From: Mytilus trossulus
Taxonomy: Eukaryota
DNA length: 64,000 bases
Direction of reading: 5' to 3'
Assembly: GCF_036588685.1 (NCBI RefSeq)
Contig: NC_086380.1
Location: 70,618,001-70,682,000, forward strand
In this document: positions 35,386-48,874 of the stretch, one piece after another
Numbering within the stretch: position 1 is the first letter of the stretch
How the letters are laid out: the number at the start of each line of letters is the position of its first letter
Notes under the pieces: model-generated
What the model saw: the letters and a program-made list of their open reading frames with translations, nothing else
Databases searched by the model: none
What the model was told of the DNA's origin: nothing
Made by a program: the position numbers and the translations under genes

Positions 35386-37440
35386 AGGAGATGACATTGG
35401 ACGATCCATTGTTGATTTGAGTGTGTTATTTACTTATAAAGACATAATAGCTAAATAATTCTTAAAGTACGATGAAATATTTTCTTGCATACTGAGAACA
35501 AATTAAAAACTGTAATTTGTTCTACAAAGCGGTCATTTGGGACAAAGGCTGCTGACAAGAAACAAAGGGTAGTTGTAAGGTAGAGGCCAAACTCAGAAAT
35601 AGTGGTGACGTTGCTTCACTTAACTATCAACAAAGCATAGTAATGAGGACTTAACCGCTGTTTCGCAGTTCGGGTAGATGCAGAAGACTAACTAAGGGCG
35701 TTGAATTTGCTGTTGGTGTGAATGCATATCTAGTGATGCGTATACATACATCCCGTACCATGTGAACCATAGAAAGTGGTGGATTGAACCTGGTTTCATA
35801 GCGTTAAACCTCACACTTGTATGACAGTCGAATCAAATTCTTTCCATCATAGCTTCAACGATATGCAGTGGCTACCTTAGCTAGCTTCCTGTAAAGGCAA
35901 GCACATTTTACCATGTGTTTATTTAATTTATTTGTTAACTTGTTTCATTGTTTGATTTGTTTATGTATTTTCTCTTTTTGTTTTTTATCTATAAATCTAT
36001 TGATTTCTTTTGATGTTATCTATTCTTTTTTTTAATTTTTTTTTGTGTGATATCGTTGTGACTTTTCTTTATTTGTTATTTAGTACTGATGTATTGATAT
36101 TTGTTTTTATTAATTTAGCTCTTATATCTTGTTTTTTTTATTAACTACTGTAAATTTTAAAACGCGCGTGCACATTATTTCAGGTATGTTTCGTTACATA
36201 AGGTTGTATAATTTCTCTGGTATAAAATCACTTGCCTGAGTACTCCTTTAGATCATTATATCGTTACTGTGTATACTAGATTAATTGTCAACATGGAGAC
36301 ACAAAAGAACATTCACCAAGACTGCAATCATATTAATACTTAAATTCTGACGTCAAACTCGCGATGATTCTACACCAGAGTTGGTGTTAATCTAGCCATT
36401 CGGTAACAAGACTTAACATATTTCAATCCTCTATGGGTTGATTTTAACATACTGAAATAAAATACAAAAGTAAGAAAGCAATGAACGTGGGTGTATTATT
36501 TAACATTCTATTTTGTGCTTCTTTGTTAAATATTTGTTTGTTTTTGATCTGAATGGGAATGGGATCCGGTGATAACGACTGAACCCTAATTTTGACAGTT
36601 AATCCCTTTTATGTGTTTTTTTTTTATCACGCATCGTTGTTAATTTGATGGAATTTGATACAATTGTCATACAAGTGATAGGTTTAGCACTATAAACCCA
36701 GGTTCAATTCACCATTTTCTTCATAAGAAAATTCCTGTTACGTACCAAGTTAAGAATATGATTGTTATTCGTTTGGTGTGTTTTATCTTTTGATTTTGCT
36801 ATTTTAATTAGAGACTTTCCGTTTTAAATTTCCTCAGAGTATTTTTTTATTTTTCTATTTACTCATTCGTCACAACTCGGCCAATTCCGTACCTTATAAG
36901 GAGAGCTGCGGGTTCAACCGATGATTGCCGATTGCATGTTTACCAGCGAATCCTTAAGTTATCTAAAATATGACCTACAGTAAAAATCCGATTAATTGTC
37001 CTTGTTCCTAATCACAATCCGAGAGCTGGTCTAATGACGTATTCTTGACCATGATTCAGTTGCCCTACAACAGTCTCTGACTGTTCTACTCAAGACTAAG
37101 ATTTGGTCATTTCTAATCTAAAACTAATTTTGATATTTCAACCTTAAAACAATTTTGAACTATTCTATCTGAAAACTGATTCTGACACTTTTACCCTACA
37201 CATGATCTTGATAGTTCTACTTGAGAGAGTTCTGTAATCACAGATTACTTAGACTGTTCTCATTAGTAGCTGTAAAAAACATGCATTAAACTGATCTGAA
37301 CTTTAAATAGCAAAATGGGCTTAAGGAGAATATCAAACCACACCTCATGTCAATTTTTCAGTCTTAATTTTATCAAAGTAAAATTTAAGAAATATATGTT
37401 ATAAATCATATCAGTGCAAAATCACTGATTATTAAATGAA

Positions 37441-37808
37441 GATACCCTTCACTAACCACTGCGATTATGATACCTTCACTGACCACTGAAATGGTAATAC
37501 CCTTCACTGACCACAGAAATGGTAAAACCCTTCACTGACGACTGAGATGATGATATCCTTCACTGACCACTGAGATGTTAATACCCTTCACTGACCACAG
37601 AGATGGTGAAACCTTTTCACTGCTCACTGAGATGATGATACCCTTCACTGACCACTGAGATGTTAATACCCTTCACTGACCACTGAGATGTTAATACCCT
37701 TCACTGACGACTGAGATGGTGAATCTCTTCACTGACCACTGAGATAATGATACCCTTCACTGCCCACTGAGAGGATGATACCCTTTACTGACCACTGAGA
37801 TACCCTTC
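37441..37808. repeat. 28-bp minisatellite (CCCTTCACTGACCACTGAGATGGTGATA)n, left portion
   Basis: Direct inspection; continues at 46877. Confidence 0.95.
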
Positions 37809-39056
37809 ATTAACAGTCTATGGAAGGTGCGATACGATAAAAACTTTTCTTATATCAATGAGCGATATTGTCTTATATCAACGAGTTGCATTGTGGGAAA
37901 TCTCAGACGAATGTTTACATTTTTATGAAGGAACGAAGTTTTCTCGGTATAAAGTAATGATTCTTTTATTAAAACAGGCTGACATTTAACAAGACATACG
38001 TCTGCTGTATAATTTCCATGAATTATGTTAAGTTATACCAAGCAAGGTGTATTTAAACGAGAAAATTGAATTGTTGAATAAATGAGACATAAATGCACGA
38101 TTTATCATTTGTAGATGTACAAATTCAATTAATGTCATGTAGCAAATTATGTGGAACGCAATTGATTTGAATTCAATTGTTGGATAAGCCAAAATCGCCT
38201 AAAAGTCAAAGATACTACTATATTTTAAAATATCAATGCGATGTTTGTCTTATATCATAGCGATATTTTTTTAATATCAAAAATTTAAGAATGCGATAGT
38301 TTTCTAATATAACTGCTATATATAATTTAATATAAAATTAATACGATGATACGTCACAATGCACGTCAAAAGAACCGCAAACATAATTCATAAACTTAGT
38401 TCATGACCGGCTTAATGTTTGAGGATCAATATCACTAAAATTTCGTTAAAACCATGTTGTGCAGCAGAGGTGTTGTCCTCATGCTGATTTCTTAATGTAT
38501 CTTGGGTTTCCGTAATCATCAATTTTTTACTCTGTCTGGTGATTAGCCATACGAGAAACCTACTACCTGTAGGATGGAGTCTAGGTTTTCCTTCCAATAT
38601 ACGATTGCCTACTATGGCTGACGAGTTCAATCTTTTCAATCGGCTTTTCTCTCTGGGTCTGCTCCCATAGCCTTTGATTTTCCCAAAACTAACTACAAGG
38701 CAGTGGTACTATTTACCCATAGTTGGGACAAGGTTGATGAGTGCAAGGGCGTATCCACACGCTGATGGGCCTACACCCTGCATCTCTAGGGCCCTTGCAG
38801 CTCCGGGATACTGTACAATAGTGCCTTGGATGCTCAAACTATTGTAAAATTGTGTATCTGTAACAAAATTAACGCATACACAATCTTATCATGTCTTATA
38901 ATGTTGATTGACCCTATTGATATTTGCAAGTGTTAACAACCTGTTTAGTCTATTGTTTTCAATCACATGGTTTAACCGACTAATTCCGTTTGAAGTGATG
39001 ATGCAATGGGGGAATTTAAATGCGGTTGTAAATAGACTACCAACCTATTAGATTCT

Positions 39057-39530
39057 CAAAGAGGGACGAAAGATACCAAAGGGACAGTCAAACTCATAAA
39101 TCTAAAACAAACTGACAACGCCAAGGCTAAACATGAAAAAGACAAACAGAAAAACAATAGTACACATGACACAACATAGAAAACTAAAGAATAAACAACA
39201 CGAACCCCACCAAAAACTAGGGGTGATCTCAGGTGCTCCGGAAGGGTAAGCAGATCCTGCTCCACATGTGACACCCGTCGTGTTGCTTATGTGATTACAA
39301 ATCCGGTAAATAGTCTAATACGGTAGGTCACATTCATGAAAGGGAAGGGGACTGTAGTTACGACGTAAGGAACATATCCGATATCATTTGTGAAACGGTT
39401 ATTCCATAACGGTCAACCAACTCGTGATGGCGTCCGTAAAATTTACGAAGGAATGATTTCAACTTCACCATTTGGAACTCTTGGATTAATAGCTTATTTG
39501 TGAGCAGTAACCCTCTATCAAGAAAATCAT
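39057..39530 (-). repeat. Interspersed repeat fragment (retroelement 3'-end-like)
   Basis: Resembles a common mussel repeat (GAGCAGGATCTGCTTACCCTTCCGGAGCACCTGAG); recognition from memory only. Confidence 0.4.
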
Positions 39531-39553
39531 TTCTAGTTATTTTTCATTTTCAG

Positions 39554-40258
39554 GGTGCTATAGTAGCTATTAAAAGTATAGATAAATCAAATATCACAAT
39601 AAACAAGCCATCGCTTTTGGAAATTAAAAAAGGTGAGTTCGAATATATTTTTTGTTTCATTGAAACTATTCAAAGACGTACATTAGCTTCAACATTATTA
39701 TTCACGCAAAAATGACTAACAGGTAATATTATCATTCCACTGTAGGGCATAACCGTTAAAATTGTCCGCTCTACGCTTAGAATGGACGTGCTATTTCCTC
39801 TTTTTTCACATCAAAATGAATTACACAAAATTACCTAGAGATTTTTGTGTTTACAATATTTACATAAAAGCTTTATTTTGACTGAGCAGGAATTGGCTGT
39901 CGAAGATAGACAAAGGTAGAGTAGGAATATTTTGATCATGTCATATGCAATGTATATGTGGTTTGTTGCTGTACTAAATTTAGAAACATTGTATCAAATG
40001 TTTGGCTGTGTAAGGTTTATGCTTTAAACGTTTGATTATGTTAGCTTTTGATTCTGTTTGCATGCTTATTATAATGAAAACAACACTGTATCAAGTCCCA
40101 TGGATGTGCTTTTCCTTATTTACCATCATTATTGCTATATTACTTTTTTACAGATTAAAAATCTGCTGAATGACCATATTGTTCGTTTTCTCGGTTCTTG
40201 CATCGACCCTCCAAATATGTGTATTAAAACAGAGTACTGTCAGAAGGGCAGCTTACAG
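39554..40258 (+). pseudogene. Two orphan exons (39554-39632, 40154-40258) of a receptor guanylyl cyclase kinase-homology domain
   Basis: GAIVAIKSI...LLEIKK and IKNLLNDHIVRFLGSCIDPPNMCIKTEYCQKGSLQ with AG/GT borders; first exon is 79 nt, so the join is frameshifted by one A. Confidence 0.75.
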
Positions 40259-41753
40259 GTATTAACAAAAGCCAATTGTACACTTTCTCGATGAATGCAT
40301 TTACCCTCCAAACATGTGTAGTATAACAGAAGGGCAGCTTACACGTAAAATAAAAGCTGATTCAGCAGCATAGATAATCCACTTTATTTAAGACCTAAGT
40401 GAACTTTACAACTAATTTTTATTTGTACTAGTTTATTAACTTAATTGGGTTATCTGCCGTTTATAAGAGAAAACATATTAGAAATAACAAATACATGATA
40501 CCTTTTCTACGCTATCTCTGACATATATACAAACGATTAAAGTGACGTCAGTTGTTTATAAAATGTATTTACTTAAGACTCACTATAATGGTTTGCTACG
40601 GAATGACGGAATTTCGAAATTACGGAAATTCAGAATTACGGATTTTCGGAATTACGGAATTACGGATTTTCGGAATTACGGAATTTCGAACAAGGGTAAA
40701 GCTATATGGCACCGACAACTTCGTTACGGACCATACATATCATTACTAAAAAAAAAACATTCTTTCAAACAGTCCAATCCAATACAGCTCCAAATAACAA
40801 TAAATATTCAAATGGTAAAATAAATATTCCAAACAAATTAAAATATACAAATGCTGATGTCCCGAACTTTGAGGATACCAACTGAGTGGCCTCAGACTAT
40901 AAATTGAATAACTTCAGATACAACGAAAATCAAAAATCGTGTTAAACAGAAAATGTATTTATTTTTAACATAGAAAAAATATTGAGAAGGAAAACAGTTC
41001 TTTTTTATATCAAAGACTTTTCCCGTTGGTAAATCGATATCACTATGAACATAATCAGCTCGCCGCCTGGACGCTCTTTTACATCGCGATGACCGTGAGA
41101 GCATTCCGTTGCTTTGTTACCACAGAGATTTGACTTGCGTTTTCGACTAGTAATCGATCATATAAATAACAATCTGTATCGCTTGTTATAAATTCATTTC
41201 TTCAATGGATACTAAAAACAAATGAATAAGATGTAATTGTCTGTTGACGTTAGAAATGTGTATATTTTTTCTATATTTTTCTTTATTTATACATTTAGAT
41301 CGTTCAGTGCCGTTTATTTGGTATTTTTATTGACGTAATCGTTCTTGTACCATCATAACTGTCGTTACCTTTAATGCTTTAGAAGTGTGTTTGTCCATAT
41401 TGCACTTAACAAAACATTCAGCACCCAAATGACGTTTTGAAGGACAGGAAAGCAGTTATTTGTTAGGGGTTTATCTGATATAAGATTTATAGGTATATTA
41501 AGAAGATGGTGCATGAGTTGGAATGAGAGAACTTTCCATCAAAGTAATAGTTTGTTTTAAGTAAAACCATTATAGATCAAAGTAGGGCCTTAAACATGGA
41601 GCCTTGACTCTCAGCGAACACCACGCTATATAGGAACCGAAAAATTACTAGTGTTAAACCACTCAAACAGGAAAACCAACAGTCTAATTTGTATAAAAAA
41701 AGGAGATTCAAAATGCACAGGCCAAATTTTGTCGAATCAATCTGAACGAGGAC

Positions 41754-44700
41754 AGTGACGTTACGCACGGTGTTCGGTTTAATAGTGGTAACGTTACGCG
41801 AAATCGTTTTTCTACCATATTTGCCAACTTCTTTACAAAACGTCATAACAATTTTTAAAAACAGATTTCAATTTGATTTCTAAGTATTTATGTAAGAAAA
41901 TGAAGGTTGTTTAGATGACTAATTGTACATTTTTGACACATAAATCTGTATTAAATCATTATCTTAATTTATTAAAGCATATAATTTACATAATTATCAC
42001 ATTTAAAGACTGTCAATTATTGCAAGATGTGTATCCTCGGGCATGGTCAAGATTCCTTCATTACTTGTATCTAAGTCCATGCATATAAATCTCTTTGAAA
42101 CAGCGGGTACCAAAGCTGTTTTACGTTGCAGAAGTTTAAATTTTACCATTCCATCTTCAACTATCAATTTGTTAAAGTAAAGTCCGCGAATAATTTCACT
42201 ACCTTTTAGAAAATGTGCACCCCATTTATCAGTGGTATCGATGCTTAACACTTGTGCTTTTCCCGAAGCTTTCAACAAAAAATAATCATCGTTTGGATCA
42301 TCGGCAACAACGGCAATGCTACATCCTCTGTTGACTAAGTCTTTTATCTCCGTTTCATCCTCGTCTTGAAAATCGTTTTCCCTATTAACCTCATCTTCTC
42401 TTGCCATTCTTATTTTACGTGCCGTTCCGGTGATATGACAATTTTGGCAATGTGAATAGTTGCCATTCAAACACGAATCACATAAGTAACAGGATAATTT
42501 TTTACAGAAATAATTCCGTTTTCAATACAATGTACATTGTGAATAGATCTATTGTTTGGCACTGGTTTAAATCGGTTTTGTTCATCACGTTCTATATTAC
42601 CTAATAATCTAAAAATTCTACGTTTACAACTTGCACTTTCATTTGGTTTTGTTAAATTTTGAATGGCGAATTGATACATATCTTCCGCAGTTTTGATTTT
42701 TACTTTACCTCTAAGAACAGCAATATCGGCCTGTCGTTTAACAAAGCCACCTGCTGCGTCCTGTGGCCCTTTCGCATGACTGGTTTCAAAATTTTTTCGA
42801 AAGTATTGATCAAATCCAAAATCTTCTTTAGAATAACTAAAGTCACCAAGACAATGTCGGCTTTTGTATTGAGCTTGACAACCGTCTGTAAAGTCGTGAA
42901 TCGTATTAAGAGATGCAGAAATGGAACTAAAATAATAAGTTACAAGTTTTTTAATATTATGCGTGAAATACATTTCGTGTGAGTCATCTGGACTAAACAC
43001 AAAAAAATGTTCTGTTATTAAAGATGGGTTTTCGACGGTACTTTCCTCTCCGTCAATTTCTAGTATGGCATGTCTATACACTAATGTTACATGCATAGAT
43101 ATTTCGAGTCTTGCAAAATAAGAAGATTGAATTTCTGTTTTTTCGAAGCATCGATAAGTTTGCGCGAAATTGGTGAGACGGGAAAGTTTTTAAGATATCT
43201 CTGAAGTAGGTAAACATTTCACCAGGCTTTGTTGTTTTGTTGATAAGATTAACTTCCTACGGGACGAACCTTTTGTTTTAATATTTACATACTCGTATCG
43301 CTCCCAGTTAATATCTGGAGCCAATTCGGAAGTATCAAGCTCTTCTTGCATCAAAATCAAACCGTGAATACCGCAATTGTCACAGTTTCTATCGAGACAC
43401 TCAATTTTGTGATATTTTTCCTGAGGATCTTTCTCGCACAAAGTTGTATTAATCAAATCAGAAAGCGTCTCGAATACCTTAATCTGGATTGTATCGGCAA
43501 CATCATGATTTTTCAAAACATTTTTTCTGAACTCCATGCATTTTTGGAAAATACTTTGGGCTTCTATATGGTATCTACAACAGCAAGTAGACCTGTCTTG
43601 TTGTCTAGCTGCTCTTACAAAGTAGGGTCTCAAGTTTTCAAACTTTCGCTGTTTAATATCAATATCAGGATGTGTTGTTCTGAATTTTAAAAAAGCTTCT
43701 GTTTGTGTTTTATTTAACACATGTATCATGTGGCTTGAGTAAATGTTTGGTTCTTATCTTACCCGTTAATGTCTTTTTTGTTTCTTGTAGGTCGAGATAT
43801 TGATGGAGAAAACTAAAAGTCATAAACCGTTTTCTTTTCATCTTCAGACATTGCGTCAGATCTAGTTTTTCTGGAAGTATACGTCCAACTTGATTTTTCA
43901 GTTTGTAGAACACGCGTTCTCGACTTTTGACCTTTTGACAAAGTTTTTACGGGTAGTCCTAAATTTCTGGCTACTTTTACTTTTATTCTATTTTTTGTTC
44001 TTCGTTTCCATTTACAGCTGATGTTATAATTGAAACCGTTTTTCGAGCATCGTCGCTTCTTTGTCCTTTTGTATGGTCTAGTGCAATTTTTATATCTTTG
44101 ATGATAGATGAACCCATCGCGGACATTTCTTTCTGTTCATTAGATGTTAATATTTGAAGTTTCTGTAAAGTAGCGACAGTTGGTGATATACTCGCACGTT
44201 TTATATTGATATATGACGATATCAAAGCTGCACGTTTTGTTGGGGTTCTTGACAAAGCGTCCTTCATTTTTTTCAATGACCTGCATTTTGACATTTTAGT
44301 ATTAAAAAAATTGTCAAGTTCCTCCTTTGAGTATGTCCTGACTAGCTGTTCCCTGCGTTTCCCCCTATGCTTTCTTACATACTGTTTGTTTTTTTCCTTT
44401 AACTTATTCTTTTTATGCCTTTTATTTCTCATGATAAGCGCCTTAGGGTTGAGACTAACATTTTTTTTCTGTTTTTCGCCGACTAGCATTATACTCATTT
44501 TTATGTTCAAGTTTTGAATCATTTTCTGTTGTTTACGCTTCTCGATTTTTTTTGTCTTATACCATAATGTTCTTTCTCTTTTAGTTTGAAAACTTGGTAT
44601 TCGTTGACCCTGAACACTCATTTCTTCCTAAAAAAAATAGAGACAAGGTTTCTTTAACTTCGGTTCTAAAAACAACTATCTGAAGAAAAAAAAAATCATT

Positions 44701-46157
44701 ACTTGTTTTATACATGCTTTAGAGTAAAAGTTGAATTTTCCGTAGCAGAGATGTATTCGACGGACTGGCATTCCATTCGATAAGATGATGTTTTTGCAAA
44801 TATTATCTTACTGTACATGCATGTAATATTTGTCACTGTACTTAACGCAAATATAAATTAAATGAGTAAATATGTAACGATAGTATTCCGATAGTAAAGC
44901 TTTGAGTAGTGAAAATACTTATCGATTATTTGAGGCACGGGCATTTTTAAACTCTGCATGATAATGTTTATTTTTAATCAGGTCGGAAATGTTACTGTTT
45001 TCATCATTAAAAGTATTACGGGTCCATGAAGAACGGGTATATTTTTCCAAGCGTCTTTTATTCAAGCGTATGCAAATGGAAATGGAAATCTTACTAGCAA
45101 AGACTTTAAAACAAAATGTACATATGTAATGTTATTTATAAAAGCGTTTGCGTCTATGAAATACAATCTTCAGTTAATACTAAAATTTAATGTATGCATC
45201 ATATATATCATATTTAGTTTGCACCAATGCGATAACTGAAATTAAGAAATTAGACTACTGTGTAGATACATGCGACAATTTTGGTAATTGTTACAAAATA
45301 TTATATACGTTGACGTTTCCGTGCGAAAACGTTCTTTTTTCACTTGGTAACATTTTGGGGAGACACGAACAACTTTATAGAAATTAATGTATTATTGCGC
45401 GATTCCCGAAAACTAAAGGCTCAAATTAAACCTCTAAAAAATTACTTTTCGGAAATCAACTTATTTTCAAGGATTTATTGGTTTGTACCAAATTGTATCT
45501 CTGTTCATTTATTATAGGTACTAACAAACCTTAACAATTGCTCTTTGGTAACATTTTCGGGAGACACAGAAAAAGTTGTAAAAAATATAAAATGGTATAT
45601 GATACGTTAGATATTGATACATATTCGTAAAATATAATGAAATTACACTTTTAAGTTAAAGCGACATACCTGTTCTATGATTTGTGTGTAAATTCTACAA
45701 TGTCAAACTTCTCGCTATTCGATTTTTGTTTTAAAATTTTCAAGTCTTACAGTTCTACGAAATTTCAAATATGGCCGCTAGACTTTCAACCGACGTCATA
45801 ATAAACCTCCAATTTTAACGTGGTCAATATGATTATATTGATTCCCTCCAAAACATATTTTGTTGAATTCCGTCCAGGAGAAAGCATTTTTTTTTTAATT
45901 TTCATATGACTGGTTAGTTCTTGTTGTTCCGTCTTACATGGGAATTAACGGCAAATAGTTCACGTAAACATCGCATAATCATAAGATAAAACATAGAAAT
46001 TACTTTTTTCCACCTGATTTTATTTTGATTTGTTTCAAATGATGCATCAAGACAGTTTACCGTTTATTAATACGTAGAATATATTTGGTTTTATCTTATT
46101 TGCGCATCAAGACAGTGTCAATTGATAAATAGACCGAATACTGTGCGTAACGTCACT
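41754..46157 (-). mobile_element. Decayed cut-and-paste DNA transposon nested in the 9-kb element (superfamily uncertain)
   Basis: 25-bp inverted repeat AGTGACGTTACGCAC(G/A)GT(G/A)TTCGGT at 41754 and 46157; true termini may lie at about 41716 (CACAG) and 46190 (CAGTG). Confidence 0.7.
42003..44621 (-). pseudogene. Frameshifted DDD/E transposase
   Basis: Collinear ORF fragments with TCCCRYH, NFAQTY...EIQSSYF, FTDGCQAQYK and TSHAKGPQDAAGGFVKR motifs. Confidence 0.8.
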
Positions 46158-46876
46158 ATGATTAATCTTTGTCAAAAGTTAGTTTCAGTGTTATCAATAA
46201 AGACAGTCTTCCATGCATGCGTTGCGAGCAGATCTGATATATATTATTTCGGTGCGTTCCTTATAAATTTGCTAATAGTTATATATATATATATGAATAA
46301 AGATTTTGATACTTAGCTATTTGATTACGACATTGTTAATTAAACCCCATCGGTACTGGCATTTTCAAATTTTGAAAATGGTGGATTGAACCTGGTTATA
46401 TTGCGCTAAACCTGTCACGTGTATGACAGTATCATCAAATTCTGTCATATTTACACCGATGCATGAACAAAACAGACATAATAGGTAAAATTGTCAAAAT
46501 ATGGATACAGCAGTCAAATATTAATACTAATAATTACATATATCGATATTACAAAAACACAGCTATATTTTAAAAGTATTGCATTGATGTTTTAAAAGTA
46601 TCGCATTGTTTATTTATGTAAATAAGAAAAACACAGCACTTCAAATTTTACACGGACATAACCTTTAGCTTCTAACTAACTTCTGAATGTATATTTAGAC
46701 TCAATTGTTGTTTGTATTTGAACAATAGTTTTAAAGTTAGATTTTCTTAATTTTTCGTTGCCGAAAACAACATTTTCCGCATTGAATGTCTGCATATTTA
46801 CAATTGATATTAGACAATATCACTCATTGATATAAGAAAAGTTTTTATCGATACGCTTCTTCCATAGACTGATTAA

Positions 46877-47708
46877 CTACTGAGATGGTGATACCCTTCA
46901 CTGACCACTGAGAAGGTGATACCCTTCACTGACCACTGAGATGGTGATACCCTTCACTGACCACTGAGATGGTGATACCCTTCACTGACCACTGAGATGG
47001 TGATACCCTTCACTGACCACTGTTATGGTGATACCCTTCACTGACCACTGAGATTGTAAATCCCTTCACTGACCACTGAGATGGTGATACCATTCACTGA
47101 CTACTGAGATGGTTATACCCTTCACTGACCACTGAGATGGTTATACCCTTCACTGACTACTTAGGTAATGATACCCTAACTGACCATTGTGATAGTGATA
47201 CCCTTCACTGACCACTGAGATGGTGATACCCTTCACTGACCCCTGAGATGGTTATACCCTTCACTGACCACTGAGATGGTGATACCCTTCACTGACCACT
47301 GAGATGACGATACCCTTCACTGACCACTGAGATGGTGATACCCTTCACTGACCACTGAGATGGTGATACCCTTCACTGACCACTGAGATGGTGATACCCT
47401 TCACCTACCACTGAGAAGGTGATACCCTTCACTGACCACTGAGATGGTGATACCCTTCACTGACCAGTGAGATGGTGATACCCTTCACTGACTACTGAGA
47501 TGGTGATACCCTTCACTGACCACTGAGATGGTTATACCCTTCACTGACCACTGAGATGGTGATACCCTTCACTGACCACTGAGATGGTGATACCCTTCAC
47601 TGACCACTGAGATGGTGATACCCTTCACTGACCACTGAGATGGTGATACCCTTCACTGACCACTGAGATTGTAAATCCCTTCACTGACCACTGAGATGGT
47701 GATACCCT
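46877..47708. repeat. 28-bp minisatellite, right portion (duplicated at about 50141-50972)
   Basis: Direct inspection. Confidence 0.95.
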
Positions 47709-48103
47709 TAATTCATCGAAGATTGATCTTACCTGAGGGAGTTAAAAGTCAACCTATTTAAAATCAGGTAAACTAATGTTGTTTAAAATCCCATTTTTTG
47801 CAAATTTGAACTCAGAAATCCCCCCTCTGTTTATATTTGTAGAATGTCAGTCATATAGTGTTTAATACTTATGGGACGACACATGTCCGAAACTTACTAA
47901 TCTGTTTTTTTTGGTAATCTCGTCATCACATTAGGATATTTTAAAACGGCATAAATGTATTGGTGACATTAGAAAACAAATATTATTTTTTTTTATCAAA
48001 TATTAATCATTTACATTCAGGTTTATTATATATACCACACAACTGTTGGATTTGTCACATCGTGTCTATCAGTCCACCAGTCGAACGAGTTTTATTATAA
48101 GTC

Positions 48104-48874
48104 ATGGCAAAAATGATCTCAGCCCTTCTCTTTGTCAGTTTTTCTTGTTTATCTGAGTTTGGACCTACATTTGCTGAACGTATAAAACAGAACACTACAT
48201 ACACGAATGGCTATGGTGTATCTTTAAAGCAGACCACGACACATATAGATGATGGTGGTGTATCTTCAAAGCAGACCACGATTTACAAAAATGATGGTGG
48301 TGTATCATCAGAACAGACCACGATTTACAAAAATGATGGTGGTGTATCTTCAGAGTCGACCACGACACACATAGATGATGGTGGTGTATCTTTAAAACAG
48401 ACCACGACATGCATAGATGATGGTGGTGTATCTTCAGAACAGACCACGACATACATAGATGATGGTGGTGTATCTTTAAAACAGACCACGACAAACATAG
48501 ATGATGGTGGTGTATCTTTAAAACAGACCACGACATGCATAGATGATGGTGGTGTATCTTTAAAACAGACCACGACATGCATAGATGATGGTGGTGTATC
48601 TTCAGAACAGACCACGACATACATAGATGATGGTGGTGTATCTTTAAAACAGACCACGACATGCATAGATGATGGTGGTGTATCTTCAGAGTCGACCACG
48701 ACACACATAGATGATGGTGGTGTATCTTCAGAACAGACCACGACATACATAGATGATGGTGTTGTATCTTCAGATCAGACGACGACATACATAGATGATG
48801 GTAGTGTATCGTCAGAGCAAAAAAAAGAAAAAGAAAAAGTTGTAAAAAATATAAAATGGTATATGATACGTTAG
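48104..48874 (+). pseudogene. Truncated duplicate of GPCR paralogue B exon 1 (signal peptide plus about 15 repeats, no splice donor)
   Basis: Matches the 51368 ORF until the duplication junction, then reads into unrelated sequence. Confidence 0.6.

Larger units (their letters stand above)
37814..46871. mobile_element. 9,058-bp TIR-bounded composite element with 5-bp TSD ATTAA
   Basis: About 68-bp imperfect TIR CAGTCTATGGAAG...CGATAAAAACTTTTCTTATATCAATGAG; ATTAA at 37809-37813 and 46872-46876; removal restores a minisatellite unit. Confidence 0.8.

Noticed and set aside
46877-47708. 28-bp repeat array as a possible CRISPR array
   Set aside because: Head-to-tail units with no unique spacers, eukaryotic context, no cas genes
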